A stretch of DNA of 64,000 nucleotides. Origin: Mizuhopecten yessoensis (Eukaryota). This document shows positions 1 to 22,736 of this stretch, piece by piece. Numbering within the stretch: the stretch's first letter is position 1; each line of letters begins with the position of its first letter. The stretch covers positions 746,036 through 810,035 of the forward strand of contig NW_018408703.1 in assembly GCF_002113885.1 (NCBI RefSeq), in the 5' to 3' direction. The translations under genes were made by a program, and so were the position numbers. The notes below the pieces were generated by a model. That model was given only the letters and a program-made list of their open reading frames with translations. It searched no databases and had not been told where the DNA came from.

Positions 1-90
1 CTATCTAATTTGGTGTTTCATGCTGATTCTGATTGCGATAATTTGTTTTGACTTTCAACTAGCACATTAAGCCTGAAACGCTGTCTCTAT

Positions 91-369
91 TAGGGCTACA
101 ACAATACATTAACACCATGATACGATACGTATCACAATGCTGTTGTCACATTATCAACATACATATATAGCAACAGTAGAAGAAAAGAGAAAAGATATGT
201 TGCAAATTTGTAATGGAAATACTACAACTTGAAATAGACTTAAAAAATTTGCACAATTCACGTCTTTTGACATGTATGCCGAGCTTGGGCTGTCACTGGC
301 AATATTATGTAACATACTGTATTCAAAATATTGTGATATATCTTCGCGTGCTATATCGTTGCAGCCGTA
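91..369. mobile_element. hAT-type MITE
   Basis: TIRs TAGGGCTACAACAATA / TATCGTTGCAGCCGTA; 8-bp TSD GTCTCTAT (83-90) / GCCTCTAT (370-377). Confidence 0.75.
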
Positions 370-401
370 GCCTCTATATGATATGCCTTGTAAGCATATT
401 T

Positions 402-782
402 CACTTTGACCCCAATATGTCAATGTTACCCTTTGACCCCTGTACATGGTCTATGTTGCATTTTGACACCTGGTTGTGGTTTATATGTTACCCTTTGACC
501 TTTGGACATGGTGCCAGTTACACTCTGGACTTTGGATTTTATCTAGATGTCGCTTATGCTTCTCTTTGACCTCTTGACCTTTGGACATGACACGTGTTCT
601 ACTATGGCCTTTGGATTTTACCTAGATGTAACCTGTGCTACTCTTTGACATCTGGATATGACCTATGTAACTCTTTAACCCCTTGACTTTGCCCGTGTTG
701 CCCTTTGACCCCTGGATGTGGCCTCGATTACACTTCAGTACCTAGACTTGACTTGTGCGCACTTTAACCTCTGGATATAGCC
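402..782. repeat. Degenerate minisatellite, about 30-bp period, core CTTTGACCYCTGGA
   Basis: The motif ctttgacc/ctttaacc recurs about a dozen times with roughly 30-bp spacing. Confidence 0.6.
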
Positions 783-786
783 TTTA

Positions 787-11167
<10,381 letters not shown>

Positions 11168-11260
11168 TTTGATTCCTGTGTAAGGATCCTAAACACTGTA
11201 TTTATGTTGTTTTTCTTCCCATACAACTTTAGGTTTGTGTCAGTCCTCCATTACTAAAAA

Positions 11261-11298
11261 CAAGATGGCGTCTCCATTTACATTGTCGTCATGGTGAT
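11261..11298. promoter_or_regulatory. CFAP91 proximal promoter motifs: YY1-like CAAGATGGCG and imperfect RFX X-box-like GTCGTCATGGTGAT
   Basis: 95-130 bp upstream of the ATG; ciliary genes are typically RFX targets; the X-box match is imperfect. Confidence 0.4.
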
Positions 11299-13670
11299 TG
11301 CGAGACGAAATTTCCATTAATATTCACTTACTGAGGTATTTAACACGAAGATTTATTTTCATTTTTAATTAAAACGCTAAATCGAAAATAGTTTTGATAA
11401 TTTACGATGTAATATAAAAAAAACAGTGTTAAAATAATTATACCAAACTAAATTTTAAGCAAAATCCTGGTAAATATTTCCGGAAATGTTACAAATCACA
11501 AATTAGAAATAATATTGGCCAAATTTGCACCTACACCGATAAAGTAAAGGATAATGAAATAAAAAATGAATTAACTATTTTTTTCTAGCAATAATAACGA
11601 ACTGTTCGAACTATGGTGTAAGGGGAGGTCACTCTTATCACCTATAATTTATTAAGCAACTGAATTCCCGCCAGCTTTCCAAATGTGAGACCAGACTCAT
11701 AGTTCAGCAGTCCAATAAGCAGGTATGTCCAAGTGTTTGAATTTCATATTTTACCTTAGAAAATGTGGCTACATTATTTCGAATTGTTAATAGACTGACA
11801 GAAATGTACATAGGCCAGCTGACTGGTTTGACACAGCATGGTGATGATCAGAGGTGGCCGGGTATTAATATTAGTACTTAAGGTGGGTAGGCCTTACAAC
11901 TGCTATGAAATTTAGCTGATGATGACATTATCGTTAAAGTTAATTAATCATCGTTAGTGGGAAAATCTGCACTTTGGTCTATATTTTAGTTTGAACATTA
12001 AAAATCAATATACATAGCCAATAGCCATAGGCATTGCTTGCATCATGTGGCATGGTATTAAAGTTGAAACAATTTTCATTCATATTCAGCTCTAGCTCAC
12101 AGATTATTGCATTGTTAAATTGGTTTGCTATTGAATGTTAACAGACAAATGCCTGATGAGAAAACAAGTTCAGGTGATGAGGGATGGGGGGCAAGATTGA
12201 TCATAACGGGTTGTGTGTGGTAAAAAATGGGTGGTGTAGGTGGTTGGGGAGGGCCGGGGGAGGGGGAGGGATAATGAGGTTGAGGGCTGTTGGAGGGATG
12301 GGTTGTGTGTTCCTAGTGGTTAAATCTATCCACCAAACTTTTTACAGAAATATAATTTTAACAGTTAACAATATGGAGTATAAATCGACTTGAAAAGAAT
12401 TGCATTGTACATATGTGTGCTATTTATTTTGAATTGAACATAAAAATTGGCATTGAACCTGCTTTCTGGCAGATTAATTATGTAACATACCAAATTATAA
12501 TGACCCTGAGCCCAAAATCTTGTAACACATCTTAAAATTCTGCAGGGGTTAAGGTAGCTTTTGAATTCATAAGATCAGAACATTTTAGCACCGTTTTTAT
12601 GTAATGGTAGGGCGAAAACATTATTCTGTCTTTGATATTTTGTCCACCATGGTTGTTCGGTTCAAGTCTAGGGGAATCTAGGTTTTCTTCCCTGTTTTGA
12701 GTGTTTTCTTTGAAGGTGATATTGAAGAGACCAAAATTGATCTGCGGCCCCCATTGCAACATTTGGGATTTTTTCCCCCCTATCATTCCTGTCTTCTTCC
12801 TTTTCCATCTATTTTATTTTTCAGGTGGTGTTTCCCTAGGCTCTCGTCATCATATGACCCCGGCTGTTGAGAGGATGTTAAACTCCAAGCAAATAAACTA
12901 TAGGAAACAAATTGAACGTTGAATTACAGGATAAGGCCAAAAAAAGTTTTGTGTGTTTCCTGTTTCTACAAGATATTGTATTGACAGACAAGGCCATAGT
13001 ACCAGTGGTCTGGCTTGAAGTACATGTAGGGAGGTGGGCTTATTACAGGACAATTAGATAGCATTTGTAGGCATTTCTGTTTAACTGTTCTAGATATGTA
13101 TTATCAGGCATGGGCTTACTGCTGAATAAGTAAGATTGATTCCAAATCTTCTCAAATTGTTTCATAAATCCTGAATGAAATGGAAACACAATTACTGTTC
13201 TATGTACATTAATACTGACAAATTAATTTATTATACAGAAAATAGGTCTTCAGTTCAAGGCAGACTTGGAATTATTGTCAAACTTGAGACCAGATGGTAA
13301 CTCAGAGTAAGTAAATCATGGTACAGGTATTTTTGTTTTATTTCTCTGTGTAATATTTGTGTTTTGACAAAAAGAATGCATAAGATATCAGGCAGTTTAG
13401 TATATAGTCATTTGGGTTTGAGAATATTTTGAATGCAAATAAAAGAAAACAAATTATAAAATGTAAAATGTCATATTATTAAATATATTTGTTATCTTCT
13501 CCAGCTGAAGTATCACAACTGCGGTGAAGAAACCCCTGAATTTCAGTATGTTACACAGATAGTAAGTATTCAGTTCATAGTGACAACCATCTTTTCTAAA
13601 AGATGAAACTGCGAGTTGAAGTTTGTTGTCAGAATGATAACTCTTTAATACATATTTTGAGCTCATGCAG

Positions 13671-13908
13671 GGTCCAGTTGTTCAAAAGGTGTTTAGCTTA
13701 ATCAGTGATTAGCGCAAATTTTAATTTTTGTATATCTTTAAGACACAACCTCTGAGTTAGTTACAACTTTCCAGATATCAAATATTTAGTAGAGTAAATT
13801 TTCATGCACAATTGTGAGGTTTTACCTTGTATATCGACAAAATTATTAAAGGTTGAAAAAATGTCGTTAAGCTGTAATTAAGCTACTCACCCTTTGAACA
13901 ACTGGCCC
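13671..13908. mobile_element. PIF/Harbinger MITE
   Basis: TIRs GGTCCAGTTGTTCAAAAGGTGTTTAGCTTAAT / ATTAAGCTACTCACCCTTTGAACAACTGGCCC; TSD CAG on both sides. Confidence 0.85.
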
Positions 13909-14205
13909 CAGGTGCTTGCGAGCTTAATTAGGTGATGGTACAGTTTCTGTGGTTATTTGTGGATAAAACAGCAGCTTTTCTTTTAATTTTCCAACTGGAT
14001 CATAGGTTATAAAACAATAATATTTTACCCATGTCTTGTTGTAATAGAGGAATACCAGGGCCCGGTTGTTCAAAGCCATTGCTGAGCTAACGATGTCGTT
14101 AAACCATGGCCAGCGAGTTGTTAAGATTTAACGACTCGTTAAATAGTCGCTAACTTTAAACATTCTTTTACCCATGATTAAATACTTTTAAACAAGTCGT
14201 CAAAT

Positions 14206-17200
14206 ATGGCCGCCTTAGTATTAGTAATTGTGCCTCCTCAGAGGAAAAATAGAATTTATAGGCACCAGAAGATCCTGAATGGGGACTTCACTGATGAAGA
14301 GTTCAGGCAGCGGTACCGCTTTGGATGGCAGTCCATTTTGTTTGTGTCTGGCCTAATAATACAAGTCTTAACCAGAAGTTCCAGGAGAAATCATGATCCG
14401 TTGAGCAGCAGGTAGCCTGCAGCCTGAGGTTTCTTGCAAGTGGCAGCTTCCTGCAAGTTGTTGGAGATCGACACTACAGGTATTTAATTATATAAACATT
14501 AAAACTTGGATCTAAAACTTAAAAGTACTTAAAGTACTAATATTGTATATGTATTTTTGTATACTTTAATTTCTCTTTTTTAAATGGCTTTTATTTTTCA
14601 TCAATACAGCAGTTCTCTCATCTGTTATTACTCTATACTGCATGTTTAACAAGTATAAGAATAAAACTGTATGTACCCAAGTGTTACAATACTTTTTTTA
14701 TACCAACAGTGCTGTCAAAAACTGTCTTTGTAAACAAATTGCAATAACCAATTTACATTAATCATATCACTTAGATCTGTCAGTTAATTAGCACCTTTGA
14801 CTGACGCAATGAACTTGAGGTTACACTCCTTTGTTTTAAAAGGAAGTGGCAAGTCACTTTAAGTGTAACAGTATTGACTATATACTTTCTTTGCTGTGGC
14901 CAGAAAAAAAGTCTCATTAAATAAAATCTATAAAAGTCTCAATTTGTTTTACTGTAAACAACTTACTTGTCATTTCATTGAAAGGATTGGACAAAAGCAC
15001 AGTGTCTAGATCAGTCAGGGATGTGTGTGCAGCTCTGTGCCAGTTCAAAGACCATGTACTTAAGTGGCCTTCCCTGGAGGAAAGTCAACGAGGGAAGACA
15101 ATTTTTTTTTGCCATATCTGGCTTTCCCTCGGTCATTGGGGCAGTGGATGGCACCCACATCAAATTGCAGGATGAGCCATCGTATGTAAACAGGAAAGGA
15201 TATAAATGTGCAAGGTGTGTGTGATGCTGATGGTAAGTTATCATGTTGTACTCAGCGTTCCTAATTTTTGTTTGTCGCTTAGAACATTGATAAAAAATGA
15301 CCTATATAACCTAAAGTCTGTTTCAAAAAGTCCATAACTCATCTCACAGACACAGTACTGTTGTCCAAACATAGTTTTTTGTTTATGAAAATAACAAAAA
15401 ATAAGTAGTCTATAATTGCATTAGTATTGGAAATTGTACAGCTTAATTCATATTAAAAATAAATCAATTAAAAAAATAAAACATAAATGGTTTATTTTAT
15501 TTTTCAGCTATAGCAATAACATTGGGTTTAAAAAAATCATGATTTCACATTTCAAGAAATAAATGACATTTTACCAAAGACTAAATCACTGTGGAATAAT
15601 TTCTGTTAATTTTTAAATGGGACACATAAATCATAGGTATCAATATTAAAACTGTTGAACTGTTATATCTTGAATGATTAATTTATTCAAGTGTCACACA
15701 CATTAACAACTGATATTATTGATTCAAAACAGCTAAAAAGCATTGAAAGAGAACAAATAGTTGTATCAGGTACAGAGTGTTAAAATCAAAATGAGTTATC
15801 TGTGACATCTGATTCAGAATATCCATGCAGTCCTACATGTAAACATGCTAATATGTAGCTGCATGTACAGAAAACTTGAGTACATATGTACCGGTAATTG
15901 AATCTATCAAATCACATTCAATTACAGGAACACTCTGATGTATAATGAAATAAAATAAATAAAAAACGTAACATTTTCAATTACCCTATTCCTGCACTTT
16001 TTTTTGGTATAATGGGGGTGTTTAAAAATCTGTGACTACATAATTCACATGTAAACCTCCTACAGGTATCCTTTTATGAACATTGTTTTATTCTGGCCCT
16101 ATATTTGATGTAATTTTAATGTTTTGTGTTATGCAAAAGTGATGTGGATCCAGTGAAACAAATATTTGTTCCTTTCATCATAGCAATGATTAAATTCTAT
16201 CCATGACTTCACTGATAAATAGTTTATGTAATGAATACAATTACTACCAAATATCATTCGTAGCATTTTAATCCTCTTCAATATTTCTTCTTTAATAGGC
16301 AAGTTCCTGAACATTAATGCTGCATGGCCTGGCTGTTCACATGATGCCCATGTCTTCAGAAACTCTCAGGTATTGGAGTTTATTATGTACAATACAAATT
16401 TATACAAAAGAAAAATAGTTGAAAATATATTTATTTCCCTTTAATATATAAACTCAATATATCTTTTATCGGGTTGATAAATCCAGGTATCGACCCCAGC
16501 CAAAGGATATAATTGATTAACAAACAACACAAACAGAGAAAACATTTTACATCTTTATTAAACAGTAATATCAATAACATTATTTACAGCATATTAAAAA
16601 TGAGCAGCTCCCCCATAGACAAGAGGCCCAAGTGCCTTAGCGGTCACCTGAGTTATATTATAGGTACTGGTAGCTCAATTTCATTATTGAGATGAGATGT
16701 GGAAATCAAATTGTAAACAAAGTGAAATACGATACTTGTCATGTCACCACAGGATAAGAACTTTAAAAATTATTCAAATAAATTATTTTGCTATTGAGAA
16801 ATATAATCTCTATTGTTATTTAGCCAATTTTCCTCTTTGGCCAGCCCCTGGGATAGGTCAGGATCTTAGTTTCTGATACTATTTGATTTCAATTTTATTA
16901 TAATTATTCCAACCAAGTTTGATTTATTTCTTGCTGAAAATTGACAAAATATATAGTCAGAAGTGTTATTTCCCTATATAAACCAAGGAGAACAATGACC
17001 AAAGAGTAATATAACTATCAGTTTATATAATGCATTTCCATCCAAAAAAATATTTAAATCTTGTACCATCTGAGTGCAGAGTTTTTTTAAAATATCAGCC
17101 ATTTTATACTTTTTGGGCCCCACCCCTTCAGCCCCTGGGGCAAGGACGGATCAAATTATTATCTATATACAGTGTACTGTAATCCCACTGGGAATTTTCA

Positions 17201-19224
17201 GTGGGGTCACCTTGCATAAATCTCACACGTGTAATCTTAAAAGTGGACTAAAATATAACTATAGGCAAAATATCAATGTTTGATTCCAAAGAATCTATTA
17301 AAAGATTTAAACATGTGACACTTGTGACCTTGAAAGTTAAACAAGGACTTTATATTTAACAAACTTGGTAGCCCTTCTTCCCATCATGTAACTGGCAAAA
17401 TATCATCATCATAGGCCTTTTGGTTACTGACAAGAAGTTGTTTAAAGTAAACAATCAATGCCGGACGTATGCTGCAGGTGAACTAATTGATTTATTGATA
17501 ACACTTTGACTATTCTCTCTGAAAGTAAAGCATGCTTTGTTTTTAGTTTGATATAAATCAAAGTACTGAAAGAACTGATACAATGCCGACATTGTCCAAA
17601 TATGAAGATGGATTTTGGAAGTTACAGTTCAAATCACATTCAATCTATGTCAAGGTCATTCATTTAAACTATATTTAAACCCTTCATTCAGGCATGCTTA
17701 TTGTCAAACATCTTGGACCTAGACCTCTTCCTTATTTGGGAGAGGTTGTTTAAGTATTTGCACATGTTTTACCATCGTGACCTTGAAAACTAATCAAGTT
17801 CACTTATTTTACTCAAATCTAAATCAAATATCAAGACCTAACCCTTAAAGAACTTGAAAACAAGCTTTTCAAAGTTTGTTAACCAAAAAAAGTGCATTTA
17901 AACTTTGACTCCTAATGACCTTTATTTGACAAAAAAAAAAAGTTTCATGAGAAAGAGTTTTGTATTAATGGTCTACATGAAATACATGAAAGAAAATGAT
18001 GGCTTTAATGGTTACTTTAAGCTAGACACTGAGTGACATCAGAGAAGATGAATACTGATAGAAATTTGATTATGAATAACATTAAAGAAGTTGTTTTTAT
18101 TTCAACAGATTTAAGTCATTCATTTATAAACAGTCACATAACAAATGTGAAGTACCCTAGTTGAACATGTTTTAAATTTGTTATCCAGTTTTTCATAAAT
18201 AAACATGTAGAAGTGACATAATTCTGGTCAAAGTTCAGCCAATCAAAACTCCACAAAGTCATATATACCACTAGTGGTATACAGAAGTATTTATTCAGCC
18301 AGATAAAGTTAGCAATTTTATTTTAAATAAAGGTTTTGAATTTATATTTTATTTCTTCAGGTTTGCCTGCAACTTGAGCAGCACCAACATTGGGAGAATG
18401 GGGTCCTTTTAGGGGATTCTGCCGACCTTTCCTCCTAACCCCGTAGCTTAACCCCCAGAACGCTCAACAACAGCGTTACAACGTGGCTCACGCAAGGACA
18501 AGGAGCATGCACTATTGAAAGGACGTTTGGGAGATGGAAAAGATGCTTCCATGTCTTTCACTCAGAGGTGAGCTTATCTTCTATGATTACTTTTTTTCTG
18601 GTTTTGAGCAGTTTTATATTGATAAACCTATGACACTAATTACAAGGACATTATCTTGATTAAGTGAAAATGATTATCATAACCTTGAGAAAATTACACA
18701 TGATGTGCAGTAGTGTTGGGTATTGTCTCAATGGACATGAGTTGGTCAATCTCACACCAGTAACCATCAAAGTGGATCAAGGGTAAATATATTAAAATGG
18801 GCTACATTAATTAAGGAACAAGACGAAATCGCCATCTTTGCTTTGTGATGTAATATTAAAAAGATTTTGTTTATACACTTGATCCCTGTGACCTTGAAAA
18901 TTGGTGAAGATCATATACAGTATATCAAACTTGGTAGCCTTTCATCTCCGTACATATTGGCTCGATATCATCACTCTGGGTCTTTTGCTTGTTCAGAATT
19001 ACCATAAGAATGGTTTCCTTTTGATACAGATTTGCATGAAACCTGAGAGGGTGGTGAAGGTGATTGTTGCCTGTGCGGTACTTAACAACATTACCATCAC
19101 CTTGCAGGAGCCTGTAATGGATGAGGATATCAACCATATGCAAGCTGGGGATGATGTCTATGAAGGACCCCAGGTTGGCCGTACTGTCAGGGACCCCATA
19201 TCTAGGACTTTTTTTAACTTCTAG
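14206..19224 (+). pseudogene. HARBI1-like DDE (Tnp4) transposase pseudogene, 5 exons
   Basis: Exons 14206-14479, 14985-15232, 16299-16369, 18361-18567, 19030-19224 with GT-AG ends. Motifs [74 protein letters not shown]. Several frameshifts and an in-frame TAG at 18444-18446. Confidence 0.88.
16619..17486 (+). mobile_element. Non-autonomous Helentron-like (HINE) element in transposase intron 3
   Basis: ACAAGAGGCCCAAGTGCC..GGTCACCTGAG head and CAGGTGAACTAA tail (subterminal inverted repeat TCACCTG/CAGGTGA), the typical bivalve HINE architecture. Confidence 0.55.
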
Positions 19225-19252
19225 TTATATGTCTGATATGTAAGGAAAAATT

Positions 19253-19566
19253 GGGGGCGCGTGGAGTGCCCCTTCTCCATGAAGGTGAAAGATAGTTAGG
19301 GGGCATGCGGAGTGCCCCTACTCCATGAAGGTGAAAGATAGTTAGGGGGCGCGAGGAGTGCCCCTACTCCATGTAGGTGAAAGATAGTTAAGGGGTGCCT
19401 GGAGTGCCCCTACTCCATGTAGGTGAAAGATAGTTAGGGGGCGCGCGGAGTGCCCCTACTCCATGTGGGTGAAAGATAGTTGGGGGGCGCGCGGAGTGCC
19501 CCTACTCCATGTAGATGAAAGAAAGTTAGGGGGCGTGCGGAGTGCGCCAACTTGATGTAGGTGAAA
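19253..19566. repeat. 46-bp GC-rich minisatellite, about 7 copies
   Basis: Unit GGGGGCGCGYGGAGTGCCCCTACTCCATGWAGGTGAAAGATAGTTA, head to tail with no spacers. Confidence 0.95.
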
Positions 19567-20149
19567 CAACTAACCTTGAATTGCTTTCAAGTTTAGAGGG
19601 GACAAATGTGTTGAACAATCCAAACAACCTCTTCTTAAGAACTATAAGTCCAAGACTCCTGATACTTCAGCATGATAGGGCCAAATACAATCAAGTATAA
19701 ATGACCATAATCCACTTTCAAGGTCACATGATAGACAACTTCCGATGACTAATTTTACGTGTACATATATATATATGTGGATAACAGTCAGGGAAATTTG
19801 ATTCGTGACTTTGCTTGCTGGGTTACGTGCTATTATGTTAGGTCAAGTGAATGACCTTGACTTATGTTGAAGCTCAAAGATGTCAAATGTTTTAAACATT
19901 TCAGACAACTTCTACAAAACCACGAGGCTCTAAATCAGATCAGTTTAAATACTACATATATAATGTATTATTCAAGGTCTCAAGGATCAGATAAGTTTTT
20001 AAGATTTTTTTTAAATGTATTGCACACTGAGCCTTCAATTTTGCTATGACATATTCCAGGGGTGTAAAGAGCGAAAGTGAGCGTAACCCCTGGATATGGA
20101 GGATGGAGTGGAACCTTCTTGATTATAACTGATGCAGTGGTACCCTTAA

Positions 20150-20232
20150 CCCTTTCGCCACTGTAGACCACAATTGACTCATCCAAATCAATGCATGGAA
20201 GAGTTTATTGAAGTTACATAGGGGTGAAAGGG
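20150..20232. mobile_element. 83-bp mini-MITE subfamily A
   Basis: TTAA TSD on both sides. Confidence 0.8.
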
Positions 20233-21812
20233 TTAACTTTAAGTGATGTGCTGTATGCTTATATCAGACATAGTCATGCTCAGACTCCAGGCTTAAAGCC
20301 ATCGGGCCTGTTTAAGGTAGCCCGGGCCAACCCGGGGTTAATAGTCATAACATTTATAAACATTTATTGTTTTAAATACATTCATTATTCACAAAAACAA
20401 CAATAAAAACATACACTGAGTTCCCTTTTTGTGTTTTTCAATCATTGTCAACTTGTAAAAATCTTAAGTCATTTTTATTTTCTTTCTATGAAAAGTAGCA
20501 GGCTGATCTAGCCAGATATATATAGATGGATGTACTGAAAACATACATATTCAAGTGTACTCAAATTCTAGCTCACTGTTTTAATTACAAAAGATCAGCA
20601 CATGACAAATGTGCACCTACAATATTTGCAAAAGACAAAAATAATAAGAATTTTTTAATAAGTGAAATCAAAATTAAGCACAATATTTTGGGTACAAAAA
20701 CAGTTTAAATAAGATAACCACCAAATATGTTTGTTTGCAGTATTGTGCCTGTGTTGCTATTTATATGGATATTTAAATATTTTAACCCCAAGAATACGAG
20801 TATGCCATGGTTATCGAGCCCTGGGTTACACCTCCAACAAATGTCATCACAATGGGTTGGTTTGCTTATTCTCAGTCATTCACAAGGTTTTCTCATAATT
20901 ATTAACCCTCGATGAGCTTTGTGTCTATCTGTTGTTCAATGTCCGTTTTCGGTCATCTGTTTACCCTGACCCATGAAATGAATTCACTCTGAACAAGGGC
21001 TAGCTACGCCCTTGAATGCTGGTCCATTTAGGACTTTGTACTGGAAGTAAAAAAAAATAAACTTGAAGTGTTCCAAAACATGCGTAGAAACAGAACAAAT
21101 GGAACGGTGTTTATAAAACCATTTTATAAGATTCATTACAAATTTATAACTTTTGGCTCAAAAAGTTGCTGCTACTAGTATTTCATGTGAGTCGCCCCAG
21201 AATACATGTCGGCTACAAGTTTACGGCCAACGTCGGGGACTGATAGTCCGCCAGCAGTCAAAAACCTAACTGCATAAAATAATCACTAGTTCAGGCAATA
21301 CGACGAATGGATGCACCCATTGAAGTATTTGCTCGTCTTAAGTTCTTCTGCTTCAGCTCTATAAACATAAACTTGTGTGGTTTTTGATACCCAAAAATAT
21401 CAACCCCTATCCAAAAAGAAGCATTTGCGCGAATCGTACCAAGTCCTCTAACTCAGTATGACTCCCAAGTCTACTGTAGACGTCCCCAATCATTACTTGC
21501 TTTTTATTAAAGTTCAAGGGACCATATACAATTCTGTATTGGTATTTAAATGAAGGTAAGAAAATATCTCTGTGATATCCAAAATCAACGTAGGTGTTTT
21601 AGAATTAATAAAAACGTCCTTATTTGAGTTCATTGTCCTGTACTTTACTAGTGAATACACATTGAGCACAGTACGATGACTAAAATACGCAATCAACAAG
21701 GAGAAGCGCAAATAGAATCTTACGTGACGTTATCATCAGTCGTAACGGGGTCTGGCTACGTTGTATCTATTCCGTCTTTTCGTATTGCAGAGTTATCTGC
21801 TCTTGTGAGCAG

Positions 21813-21914
21813 GTATTGATTGTTACGTCATTGGTTTGTGATAGTAATGTCATCAATTTTTGAGAAAACGACGTAATTTTCTCACACACAAACCAATGAC
21901 GTAACAATCAATAC
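21813..21914. repeat. Perfect 28-bp inverted repeat, probably the interior of a MITE
   Basis: GTATTGATTGTTACGTCATTGGTTTGTG / CACAAACCAATGACGTAACAATCAATAC. Confidence 0.8.
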
Positions 21915-22500
21915 GGAATACGGTTTACTCTCAAAGTAGTGACTTTCAAAAACTAGTCATGGATTGATGTTTTATCGTAGCGCTTTTGTCTCCATCACAT
22001 TCAACACAATTCATTACAACAGTGCAAGATAATCAATCAGAATTGATTGCTATAAACACTTATCTTTTTCGAGGCAGTTGGAAGAAAATGAACAGCAGTT
22101 TGGTAAATGTACAATTAGCATATACCCCGCCCCCCTCCTCTCAAAAAAAAGATATAAAACAATGGGAACTTAAACCTTAAACACGTGAATATTTTCCACT
22201 CCAGAACTATACGTGCCTTTCCGTTATAAACCTGCTGTTTAAGAGTAATTGAAAACAACCATATTGGCGTGTTGCCGCCTGTCAGAACTTCTACCCTTGA
22301 AAACACGACAAAAAACAAACTCTTCTGCCATTTTGCAAACCAAATGTGTAAACTAGATCATGAACCAAACGAAGCTACCAAGAACAAAATAAATACAATC
22401 TGTTTAATTTGTTTTGGACTTGAATATATATAATGTATCTATTTATGACGTATGAAGAATGATTCCGTTACAATTTATTCATAAATGTTTAAAAGATGCA

Positions 22501-22736
22501 TTATAATCCTTCATTATGCATCCTTTTTTTAATGACCACCTCCGTGTAGAATACGTACGGCTTGTGATCAGAATTAGCAAACGCATACGCCTCTAATCTG
22601 CTGAAGTATTGATCAATAATCATCTGTTTTTCCTCTTCCGATCTGGAAAGGGAAAGCCCATCATACAGCGAGTGATGCAGCCAGGGGTAGATAGAAGCAA
22701 CTATTGCACGGGAATACTCCAGCTTCTCCGTCTCGC
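22501..22736 (-). CDS. SABATH methyltransferase last exon
   Basis: YSRAIVASIYPWLHHSLYDGLS...IIDQYFSRLE...stop. Confidence 0.85.

Larger units (their letters stand above)
14059..19224 (+). mobile_element. Truncated PIF/Harbinger transposon (left TIR plus spliced transposase relic)
   Basis: CAG followed by GGCCCGGTTGTTCAAA at 14059, the same TIR type as the adjacent MITE; transposase follows; no right TIR or Myb/SANT ORF was found. Confidence 0.75.

Noticed and set aside
12185-12305. G-rich tract, possible G-quadruplex or ORF
   Set aside because: Low-complexity sequence with no independent support for function
19253-19566. CRISPR-like array
   Set aside because: Head-to-tail units with no unique spacers, no cas genes, eukaryotic context
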